A stretch of 64,000 nt of DNA from Hormiphora californensis (taxonomy: Eukaryota; Animalia; Ctenophora): positions 1,860,001 through 1,924,000 of the forward strand of contig CM035352.1 of the NCBI GenBank assembly GCA_020137815.1, written 5' to 3'. Under the pieces are notes generated by a model that was not told the DNA's origin, did not search any database, and saw nothing but the letters and a program-made list of their open reading frames with translations. Positions 1-10,035 of this stretch are shown one piece after another; within the stretch, counting starts at the first letter, position 1, and the number at the start of each line of letters is the position of its first letter. The translations under genes and the position numbers were made by a program.

Positions 1-3000
1 GGCACTGCAACTAGAAAGTTTGAATAAACGTCTGTAATTGTTAGGACGTTCTTGTTGCCTCTTATCGTCGATCCACGGGCTTCTGGAACGATATGATCGA
101 TTACAATAACGGCGTTGAATTCGTGACACACAAATGTGGCCATCTCGGCTTGGAAGGTCTGTTGACGCTGTTTGTTTGAGGCACAATTTACACACTGACC
201 GATGTATAGTCCGACTTGTTTGGGCTGGGCCGGCCAGTAAAAGTTTCTTCGTAGGTGATCAACTGTTGCACTGACTCCGGCGTGACCTGTGTGGAAGTCA
301 TGAGCCTGTCTGATAAGCTCTTCTCGCTCCTTCATAGGTACCACGATCAGCCAGTTGGAATCATTTGTCTTTATATCGAGCCATTTTCTTTGCAAAACAC
401 CATCCTCTAACCGGAGCAGCTGGTATTGTTTCCACAAAGACTCTAGATCAGGTGGGGCCCTGTTGGCTTGTACCACTTGTCTATTCCCGTCACTCACCCA
501 TTTTCTCACTAATTTTAGAATGTCATCTTGCTCCTGGGCAGTTTCCCATTCAGTCCATGTCTTTCCTGCTACGGGGATATCTACCCCGTTTTGCTGGATC
601 GATGCGCATAAACAATGAATCTCCTGCTCATATGACCATTCTTTTTCTTCTTCTTCGTTATTTTCAGTCATGACTTTTTCTGGACAGGTGCTTATTTCTT
701 CACAGCTCACCAAATCGTTGAGTATTTTACAAAGGCCTAGAGTTTCTTCAGAGCCAATACTCTCATGTTGCGGGTGGCTGTCTTCATCTGATTGGGTGGG
801 TGGCTTGTCTTCATTACTGAAGTATTCATATTCCGTGACGTACGATGCTGCAGGAAACTGAGTGCTCTTTATGAGAAAGACTTCGCACTCGCTCACACTG
901 TTAACTCGTATTGTCGACAGAGATATGTCTTCAGAGGAATCTTCAGTAGACATGTACGTTCCTGTATCCACGCTGCTACTCGAGCAGTCTTCATGGTTGG
1001 ACTCTGTGTCTGCTTCGGACTCTGTGGAGTTGTGACGATCCTCAGGTATCTTTCGGATGACATCTTGTTGCATCTCTTCGTTGTTTCTATCACATAGATT
1101 TACAACCTTGACAACTTTAGTCAAATCTTCATGAGTTTGAGGTGTCGTTTGTGTTTCGGCTTCGGTCTTGGTTGGCGGAAGGCTGAACCTCGACAACCAG
1201 TCACACATCTTGTTTTCCGGGCCACTTAAATGTCGGAGTTTGAAGTTGAACTCGGCTAACTTCATAACTTTCTTGGTTACCGCGTTGTCTGGCTTCGTGA
1301 ACAGGGTACCTTCGGCTTTTACCAAGGATAAACAGTCTGTTATGACGACAAACTGTTTCACGTTATAAAGATATATGGTCCAGTGCTGGATTGCTGCGAA
1401 CAGAGCCTCGAACTCCAGCTTCGTCTGTCCCCGTGCTCTCTTGTACTCGGGGAGAGCTCGGCTGTAGTAAGCGACAATCCTTCGTTCTCTACCACCTTCA
1501 GGTGTATCCAATTCCTGGGATAGGGAGGCGCCTAAACCTTTCTCACTGGCATCTAGTGTGACCTCGTAGGAGCTGTAAGGATCTTCTGGATTTGGTATTG
1601 CAAGCTGTGTACTTTCCGCGACGAGTTGCTTCAGCTTCGCATAAGCTTCACTACATTCCTTTGTCCATTTGAATTTCTGCTCCTTTCCTCCGCGTATGGA
1701 AGCGAATATTGGCTTACTGATGGAACTGTAGGCTGGAATCCACTTTCTCACATAGTTCAGGGCACCCATTGCTTGCATGACCTCTTTCTTTGATTCAGGC
1801 TCACGGAGTGCTAGGAGGTCAGCTACACGGTCTTCAGTGATACTTATACCGCCACCGCTGACACGAACTCCAACGAAATCAACTGCATCTCTCATCAGCT
1901 GACTTTTGTCGGGTGAAATCTTGAGGTTCGCACCATACAATCTGGACAGAAGCCGTTCCAACCGATCAAGGTGCTGGTCAGCTGTGACAGAAGATAGGAG
2001 GAGGTCGTCCACAAATTGGACAACTTGCTCTATCGGGAGAGATCCGAGCAGACGATTCATCATATCGCAGAAAGATGGTCCGGATGATCGATGGCCCATC
2101 ACTGTCTTCGAGAATGCGTACTGGGTGTTCTTATACAAGAAGGCAGTGATCTGTTTCGAGGATTCATCATAGGGAAGCTGCCAGTATCCTCGGGTAAGGT
2201 CAAAAGAGGAGAATATCTTGTCCTGGCCGATTTTATCCAAAACATGATCCAAATGAGCCAATGGGAAGTTTGCTGGCATACACATCTTGTTCACGTTCCT
2301 TAGGTCGCACACAAGCCTGTAACGCTGAGGCTGCCCTTTAGGTGTTTTCTTTCGTACCAGGAATGTTGGTGAGTTCCAATCTGACCGTTGCGGAAGGATC
2401 TCCACCACATTCGTTTTCACCATCTCATCGATTGTTTTCTGCATCTCCCCCTCAAGCTTGTATGGGCAAGGGAATGGAGGGGTCCACTGAGGTGTAGCCC
2501 CTTCCTTCAACTTGATCGTAGCTTTGTACATATTGCAGGAACCGAGATCATACTCATCGTATGCAAAACAATCCCTGTGCTCCCAAATGATGTCTTGTAG
2601 ATCTTGAGCCTGTTGTTTCGTGAGGTTTCTGGATGCAGTTTTTACTTTTAGGCGCTCGAATAGCTCTTCCTTTGTCCATTTCTCGACTTCCGGTTCCTCA
2701 GACTCACGGAGAAATTGGATTCGGTCTTCCCATTCCACTCTAGAATAAGGGTCGTACTCTGGCACTGGGCGGAATTTAGCGGCTTTATCACCCCTTCGGA
2801 GGGTTATCGGCTCCTCGCTAAAGTTCAAAACTCTCATGGGAATGTCTCCTTCCATAGCTTCGGCAATTGCGTCACCAATGAGTAGGCCATTATTTTTCCG
2901 TGACCAATCAGTTGAGACAAGACCGATCGTATCACCTAGACAATCATCCTTCAGGGATCCTACGACATACCCCATAGTACGAGGTGGTATTGTGGTAGTT

Positions 3001-3995
3001 TCTCCCCACCTTATCTGGAGAATCTTCTTGGTGCTTCTTGGTCTTGGCAGGAAAGGTACTGGTTCACCATTTGGGACTCTTAGTTCAGCGTTCGTATAGT
3101 CTAAGGCGGCTCCTGTGCTACGACAGAACGGGTCACCTAATAGAATATCTGTATCCATTCCTTCGCACACCACGAAGTTGACCAGATTAATGGTGGCTCC
3201 TCCGACTATCATATTCAAGGAGATGACGCCTCTGCAAGGTATCCGATTTCCGCTGAAATCTCTCAACTTTCTCTGTGTCTCACAGATCTCAGACACTAGC
3301 CCGTATTTACATACAGTTGTCCAGTTAATAAGGTTAACTTGGCTTCCTGTGTCGATGAACATGCGCACTGGGTGTGTAGTTTGATCCGTGCACCATGCTG
3401 GGCCGTGGATGAGTCCGTTCACAATAATTTCTTGAGACTTTCGGATTTCTTCTCCAGAGATGGCTTTCACTTTTGCTCTCTTCTTTCTTCTCTTTTTCTT
3501 CTGTTTGGTCTTGGGATCAGAGATAACATCGTCCTCATTCTTGCCCTCGACCTTCATCACTGCTGCACTATCAGCTATTTCATGGTTCTCATCGCTCACG
3601 TCAGAGTGTGAGTGGTTCTTCTCTCGTTTTCTGGTGAACACCTTTTTCGTTTTCTTTGTTCTTGGGGAAGACTTAGGAGTGATTACGAGTTCCTTTGAGT
3701 CCACATCAGATGCTGTGGAAAGACCTTTATCATTCTCATCGGGTGCTACTTCGGTACCCGCTACAGCTTGTGTACTGTTTAAAGATGTTGCTGTATCTCC
3801 TTCTTTCTCTCTAGGATACACCTTGTCTGATCGTGGTGAATCCCAGACGCATTTTACCGGCACAGATTTGGGTGTGGTCACCCTGTTTTCCTCGATTTCC
3901 TTCTTCTGTGCCGGGGTCACTGTCCGTTCAATTAATTGGCGCGGCCGGAGTTCTGGTGTGTGTCCGCGTTGTGAAAATCTCCGACCGCTCTCTCG
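1..3995 (-). CDS. pol: Pol polyprotein (protease, reverse transcriptase, RNase H, integrase), in -1 frame relative to gag; runs off window
   Basis: Hand translation, all in the same frame: protease MFIDTGS (~3345-3362), RT QFVDDLL (~1998-2018), RNase H VTLDASEKGLG (~1533-1562) and DWLSR (~1190-1203), integrase AHDFHTGH and CVNC (~180-305), core VIVID (~99-113). Absent from the ORF track, consistent with no stop before the window edge. Confidence 0.9.
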
Positions 3996-5371
3996 TTTAA
4001 CTGCCATCCTCGGTTCTGGCAATTTCTGCTGAGGTGTCCATTCTGATGACAAACATAGCATAGACCGTTGGCTCGATCATGTTCTCTCGTTCCAGGCACT
4101 GACGATGTGGCTTGTCTTCTGTTACCAGTTGTGAATGTCTGGGGTCGGAAGTTCATGGTCTGCTGATTCTGCATCGGGTTAACATCGGTTTGGATAGTGC
4201 TCGCTAGCACGGGACAGTTTCTGGCTTCATGTAGGTCTTGACCACATATTTGGCAAGTTATCTTGAACCTACAGTTTGCTTCCGTGTGGTTCGTCTTCTT
4301 ACAGAACTTGCACGGATTCCAACTCTTTCTCTGGTAAGGCTGGTTTTGGCTCATTCGTCCGTCACTCCGAATTGCATAAACAGTGGCTCCATAATCAGCA
4401 CCGCCTCTCTTGAAGATTTTGTTCTGCGTCGCTGCTCTCTCAGCTTCTGCAACCAGAGTTTCAAAAGCGACGTCCTGTTTCTTCCAGTCACAGACATCCT
4501 TAGCAACATCACGGTCATGAAGACCATCTTGTAGAGCGTCTATCTTGTTTGCGTTCACACGATCATCGGACTCACCTGGGAACGCAAGCTCTGCTGCCCG
4601 ATGGATTCTCTCTGCAAAGTCAGATACCGACTCGTGTTCATCCTGTTTAATGTCCTTCAGTTCTAAACGATTTGTCTCAGCAATAGCAGCGTCATTCAGG
4701 ATAGCATCACGGATGAATTGTAGCAACTTGTGTGGATTGGCCATTTCTTCTTGGCTGAACTTCAGACGGCGTATCCGATCATAGGTGGCATCGCACTTTA
4801 AGCAGTTAAGTAGGATTCCACGCACATCCTGAGGGTTCTCGGTCGCCATTGACAGATAATCTTCAAATCTCTTCAGGTACGACTTCAGACTATTCCCTTC
4901 CTTGAACTTTGGTGGTTTTATTCCGGAGGGAGGGGTTCTGTATCTGTTTTGGTCGACTTGAGTTGGTTGGACGTTCCGTTGATCTGCTACTGGTCGACTT
5001 GCTGGAACTACCACGGGGTTTCTGGGCACGTTTGGTTTGTTAGATGACGTGCTTCGGCAACTCAGAGCTCTTGATCGGTCCAAAGTTCGTGACATTCTTT
5101 TCTCTGGTATCCTGGGCTTATCTTCAGGGATTCGGAAACTTTGCTCTCGTTGTCGAGAACTTGACACGATTCTTGACGCAAATGCATGTCGCGAGGTCAG
5201 TGGTTTCCGTTCTGGCTCAACTCGTGAAATGTCCAAATCTGCCAGGTATGTTTCTAGTGGGCGCTGGTCGAACGGAGTTTGGTCACCGCCAATCGAGAAG
5301 AGGTCAATTGTGTCCCACTGTGACAATGGCTCTTGGCTCAGGCTGACATTACTGACGTGATTCCGTGACAT
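3932..5371 (-). CDS. gag: Gag protein with three CX2CX4HX4C zinc knuckles
   Basis: 479-aa ORF; capsid-like region (KQDEHESVSDFAERI) and knuckles CKFCKKTNHTEANC, CQICGQDLHEARNC, CYVCHQNGHLSRNC. Confidence 0.9.
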   Translation of the reverse strand: MSRNHVSNVSLSQEPLSQWDTIDLFSIGGDQTPFDQRPLETYLADLDISRVEPERKPLTSRHAFASRIVSSSRQREQSFRIPEDKPRIPEKRMSRTLDRSRALSCRSTSSNKPNVPRNPVVVPASRPVADQRNVQPTQVDQNRYRTPPSGIKPPKFKEGNSLKSYLKRFEDYLSMATENPQDVRGILLNCLKCDATYDRIRRLKFSQEEMANPHKLLQFIRDAILNDAAIAETNRLELKDIKQDEHESVSDFAERIHRAAELAFPGESDDRVNANKIDALQDGLHDRDVAKDVCDWKKQDVAFETLVAEAERAATQNKIFKRGGADYGATVYAIRSDGRMSQNQPYQRKSWNPCKFCKKTNHTEANCRFKITCQICGQDLHEARNCPVLASTIQTDVNPMQNQQTMNFRPQTFTTGNRRQATSSVPGTREHDRANGLCYVCHQNGHLSRNCQNRGWQLNERAVGDFHNADTHQNSGRAN

Positions 5372-5384
5372 CAGTAAACGTTTT

Positions 5385-5395
5385 GAAGCTCACCA
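5385..5395 (-). promoter_or_regulatory. Primer binding site (TGGTGAGCTTC)
   Basis: TGG-initiated tract 5 nt after the LTR terminal CA (5401) and just before the gag ATG; priming tRNA not identified. Confidence 0.6.
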
Positions 5396-5400
5396 GTTGG

Positions 5401-5814
5401 TGTAAAGTAAGGACTGCCGATACGGGTGTGTTTGGAAAGGGACGTTCTTGGGGTGGTTTCGTGACACGTATGGGGCGTACCCGTCAGCTGGAGCGTAAAG
5501 GCGAAAGTAAACACGTTGTCTTTTATTTTTGTGAATGTAAAAGTAACGGTAAAGGATTGTTACAGTTCAGTTGACTAAGAGAACACACGCTTTTTAAAGT
5601 TGCTTCGCTCCGACAAAAGAAAACTCACTCTCAAAACACAAATCGCTCTTCTCTCTCAGATCTCAGAAAACGCGCGCGCGTGTCACCAAAGCGACACACA
5701 CGCGCGCGCGAAGATGCTGTACTTTTAATAGAACTCCGCGTCAAAACAAGCACCTTCGCGATAGGACACAGACACAAACACACATTCTCACACACACGCA
5801 CACACAAACACACA
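5401..5814 (-). repeat. 5' LTR (approximate outer boundary)
   Basis: Ends TTACA next to PBS; AATAAA at ~5522-5527 and TATTAAAA at ~5723-5730 on minus strand. Second LTR not in window, so length unverified. Confidence 0.55.
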
Positions 5815-5836
5815 GGGCTGGCCCAGTTCTGCACCA

Positions 5837-6183
5837 TGAAGGCACTTTTCCGACTTATTCTGATAAGCTGAATCACGTAAGCTATTTTTCAAAACCCCTC
5901 CGAGGTCGGGAAAGTGCCCTAATTGAGCAATTAAGGCCAATTAGACCTAATTGTACTTAATTAGGCCAAATTCCCGACCTCGGAGGGCTTGGAAAAGTTG
6001 CTTACGTGATTCAGCGTATCAAAATTAGTCGGAAAAGTACCTTCACATAAGCGTCTATCGTTTCCAGGTGAAAAGTTGTAAGTGGGGTCAATTAGACCCT
6101 ATTATGCTCAATTAGGACACTTTCCCGACCTCTGAGGGATTGGAAAAGTTGCTTACGTGATTCAGCGTATCAAAATTAGTCGG
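5837..6183. repeat. Foldback repeat with GCTGAATCACGT core (inverted arms ~5837-5915 / ~5971-6045, third copy ~6105-6183)
   Basis: Direct reading of inverted arms; related to repeats at 62430-63060. Confidence 0.7.
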
Positions 6184-6224
6184 GTACAGAGGTTTTCGCT
6201 TTGATATAAGTAAGTTTCAGTTTG

Positions 6225-6422
6225 TTGGCCGGAATCTGCCACGTTGGCAGATTCTGGCCAAGGTTTTTTTAGAATTTTGGCCGAGATCTGCCACTCGCGT
6301 GGCAGATTCCGGCCAATAATTTCAACGACATGTTTATTTTTATTTTGAAATAAAATTTTTATAAAACTTCAAACAAAAATATTTCACTTGATTGAAAAAA
6401 ACTCTTGGCCGGAATCTGCCAC
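6225..6422. repeat. Short inverted-repeat element (TTGGCCGGAATCTGCCAC units)
   Basis: Motif in both orientations at 6225-6317 and again at 6405-6422. Confidence 0.55.
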
Positions 6423-6426
6423 CGTA

Positions 6427-7022
6427 AGGCTATAAGCATACTGATCGTGATGATCATAATCAGTTAAAAAGATGAAGTGTGCTCATGGTTTTGATCATCA
6501 TCATCTGCAAAAAACTGCAGTGTGCGGAACATTATGATCATCACGTAAGAGCTGGCCCTGGAGCCGTCTCTTAAGTTGGATGATGATCATCAACACCTAG
6601 TGTGCGCACGTTCTGATCTTATTCTTATGGAGGGCTGCACTGTAGTCATGTGATATGTACCACGTGTACGAATTCGCGCGCACTGAGAGGCTGTTGTACA
6701 GGTCACGTGATATGCAACAGCCTCTCAGAGCGCGCGACTGGGCAAGGGGGAGATAGCATCATCATGCTGAGCACACTGGTCATGATGATCATGATCAAAA
6801 GGCAAGTTACAGCAAGTTGAGTATGGTCTATGATGATCAAACGTGCGCACACTATGGTTTATGATGATCAAACGTGAACACACTATGGTTGGAGATCATC
6901 ATGATGCATCAAGCCTCCATCATGATGATAACCATCAGTGTGTGCGCTTCTTTGATGGTGACCATCAAAATCTCCGCACACTGACCTGATTATGATCATC
7001 ACGATCAGTATGCTTATAGCCT
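6427..7022. mobile_element. MITE, ~36-bp TIR AGGCTATAAGCATACTGATCGTGATGATCATAATCAG, TA-flanked
   Basis: Perfect terminal inverted repeats, TA at 6425-6426 and 7023-7024, internal GATGATCA subrepeats. Confidence 0.8.
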
Positions 7023-7024
7023 TA

Positions 7025-7391
7025 TGGGGAGCTCTCTTTGATGTGGTGCGCTCTTGGAGTGGTGTCTTTTGGAGGTGGTGCGCTCTTGGATAGGGATCCC
7101 TAATAAAGTTGTGACTTGTCACCAAACATGTGGTTCCCGTGGCGGCGCGGCTTCAAAATGCGCGATTGTAACTTGTCACCGCATGGTTTACGCCGCGCCG
7201 CAGCTACGCGCAGTGGGAACCACGTGCGTTTTGGTTGTTTTGTTCAAACCTTTGTCGAACAAGGCAACGTTTTGGTACGCGCACACGCGGTGACAAGTCA
7301 CAACCGCGCCTCCGCAAGACTACAGTGACAAGTCACAACTTTATTAGGGATCCCTATGGGGTGCGCTTTTGAACTTTATTATGGTTCCTTA
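7025..7391. mobile_element. Right half of the AGGAACCATAATAAAGTTC MITE family, interrupted by a nested MITE
   Basis: Matches 35731-35930 (GGTGCGCTCTTG units and terminal TGAACTTTATTATGGTTCCTTA). Confidence 0.7.
7092..7355. mobile_element. Nested MITE, TIR AGGGATCCCTAATAAAGTTGTGACTTGTCAC
   Basis: Perfect ~31-bp TIRs; sits inside the element above. Confidence 0.8.
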
Positions 7392-7541
7392 TGGTCTGGT
7401 TTGAGTTGGACGATATCCTTTTCCAAATTTGAAAAATCAAAAGTTCGAAAAGAGCAAAGGAGAGCGCGCGCGACAATAAATCATTTGCGTTGCATTAATG
7501 CCAGCGCGCGTCCAGTCGCCAAATGCAAAAAAATGCACGTA

Positions 7542-7759
7542 GTGGAAGCTCTTACGGTATTTCCCACGCCCCGTGGGAAAGTTTTTGACCGTGGGAAAGT
7601 TTTAATACCGTGGGAAAAGAGAGATACATACAATAACGTTAAAAAAATAATTATTTTTTTAAGCTTATTGTATGTATCTCTCTTTTCCCACGGTTCGAAA
7701 ATTTTCCCACGGTCAAAAACTTTCCCACGGGGCGTGGGAAATACCGTAAGAGCTTCCAC
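7542..7759. mobile_element. Near-perfect palindromic MITE (GTGGAAGCTCTTACGG...), TA-flanked
   Basis: ~95-bp inverted arms; explains the mirror-image ORFs 7356..7775 and 7481..7783. Confidence 0.8.
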
Positions 7760-8323
7760 TAACGAGCAAAATTGAAAAATCAAATTTCAATTTCTTTTAA
7801 ATTTTCCTTACAGTTCCGTAACAATATTTAATACACGCCAGGGCTGGCGTAACCGGGGAAGGGGGTGGGGACAAAGCCCCCCTGATATTCGTACAAGGGT
7901 GCGGGGGCTGCAGCTGAGATTTCGGCCAAAATGAGCTCAAAACACTGACATTTTCGCTCAAAACTTCAAAATTTTCCGGGCTTCGCTATGATCGCTTCGC
8001 CTGAATTTAAAAATGATACGAAAACATGGAATTTTTGGCCAAAAAAATCTAAACTAAGTTTTATCGAAAGTATGGAATTTTACCAGAAGTATGGAATTTG
8101 TCCTGAAGAATTCCGCCACCCCTGATACAAGCCCCTAGTCCTCCTCATTCTGCGGCTCAACAAGGCCGTAAATAGTGACTTACTTCTAATAAAAGTCCTC
8201 ATTCGACTGTTGCACGTAATATTGTTTGCTGGATTTGACTTTGGACCTACCCCCAAGACCCAAATCATCTAATTTCTGAGAATAACACTTGTTACTAAAT
8301 AGTACTGCAGCACCGTTAAAGAT

Positions 8324-9827
8324 ATGGTTAAGGTTGGTGCTGTTGTAGCCTTGGGATTCGGTCTCCTTGCTGGTATTATCACCATGAGGGCGTTTCTCTT
8401 TCCTGATTTCCAGCACAAGGTGGTCCCGTGCTCCCCAGAAGAGGGGAATGAATTCATAACTCTCACAGATGATATCCTGTCCCGATTTCAGCAGGCAATT
8501 CGTATCCAAAGTATTTCCTACTCTGTACATGATACCAATACAACTGCATTACAAATGATGCTCGATCACATCCGTGGAAGTTATCCTAAGATCCACAGCT
8601 CCCCTCACGTTACCCGTGAACTGTTTAACTTTAGCAGTTTGTACATTGTACAAGGTTCTGATGCCTCTGTGAAACCAGTTTTGCTCACGGGACATATTGA
8701 TGTTGTTCCTGCTGAACTTGAAAAGTGGTCCTTTTCACCGTTTTCAGGAGCAGTTGACGGCGGCCTGATATTCGGTAGAGGAACGCTTGATAATAAAAAC
8801 ACTGTTTTTGGGCTCCTTGAAGCACTTGAATTCATGCTTGCAAAGGGTATCCAGCCAAAGCGAACGATTTACATTGCCATTGGACACGATGAGGAGGTGA
8901 TGGGTTTGTACGGTGCTGTCGTTATTACAGAGGAACTGAAGAGGAGGGGTGTCCGATTTGCATTCATGATGGATGAGGGATGTCCCGTGCTGAAGGAGGG
9001 CTCATTCCCAGGGATACCATGGTCCCGTGGGTCTTGTGGGCACGGCAGAGAAAGGGTTTGCTACTCTCCGGTTAAAGTTGGAGCATCCTGGAGGTCACGC
9101 CTCTGCACCACCCAGAACAGGTGGAGGTATCGTGCAGCTGAGTGAGGCAATTGTGAAACTCAACAACAACCCCATATCGACAAGTTTTGGCGGGGGTATT
9201 GAGGTGGCAATGTTTGAACACGCTGCAGTGTCCTCAGCCTGGTGGATGAGAGTGCTGAGTAGCAACCTGTGGCTCTTCTCTCCTCTCATCTCCGCAATCA
9301 TGTCCATCAAAGACTCAACTCGAGCACAGATATCCACGACAATGGCTTTTACTCAGATTTCTGGGGGCGTCAAGGATAATGTCCTCCCTAACTCGGCGAG
9401 TGTGACAATTAACACACGACTTCTCCCTGGACACACCATAGAAACCGTTACCAATCACATCCGCAAGGTTATTAACGACCCTTCCTTCGAAATAGAGGTC
9501 CTATATGAAAATAACCCCTCCCCCATTTCCTCCACCTCCTCCGAGGGTTACAACGTTATCCACCACACAATTAAACAGATCTTCCCGGATGCCATTGTCA
9601 TCCCTGGAATTCTAATCGGGGGCACGGATAGTAAATGGTATGGTGAGCTGTGCGATGATGTCTATAGATTCGCACCCTCGTACCTTGGAACGGAAGACAT
9701 AAAAATGTTTCATGGACACGATGAGGTGATCACGGTGAAAAACTACGAGCAAACCATCAACTTCTTCTATCATCTCCTCAGGAATTTGGAGAAATCGTTT
9801 GAAGTTACAATTAAAGATGAACTTTAA
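8324..9827 (+). CDS. PM20D1: Peptidase M20 domain protein (N-fatty-acyl amino acid synthase/hydrolase-like), intronless, one apparent frameshift at ~9016
   Basis: Motifs GHIDVVP, GRGTLDNK, GHDEE, MDEG, GTAEKG, GGHAS, GGTDS, FHGHDE across ORFs 8324..9145 and 9027..9827; removing one C at 9016-9017 fuses them (PGIHGPVGLVGTAEKG). Confidence 0.88.
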
Positions 9828-10035
9828 TTATGTCAGAACTTGAAACAGACTCTGTCAGAACCTTATTTTGCATCAAAAAGGGACAAGTTATAACAGTTTA
9901 CTATTTTATCAGTGTTTTTAGTGTTGATTGTGCTGCTAGCTGGAAAAATTTATACTGAATTTTACAAAATTAGTGTTTCACCTTTTTCTCACACACCCAT
10001 CTAATCTATCTCTTTGTTTTCTATATGTATTAGCC

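Larger units (their letters stand above)
1..5814 (-). mobile_element. Ty3/Gypsy LTR retrotransposon (5' LTR, PBS, gag, pol; 3' part beyond window start)
   Basis: Domain order PR-RT-RH-IN in one frame on the minus strand, gag with CCHC knuckles, LTR end ...TTACA at 5401 followed by a TGG-starting PBS. Outer LTR boundary (~5814) is a guess. Confidence 0.93.

Noticed and set aside
355-5360. Plus-strand ORFs over the retrotransposon
   Set aside because: Antisense shadows of gag/pol with no motifs.
9010-9030. Programmed frameshift or pseudogene in PM20D1
   Set aside because: One extra C with otherwise intact motifs; similar single-base insertions elsewhere point to consensus error. Needs a read check.
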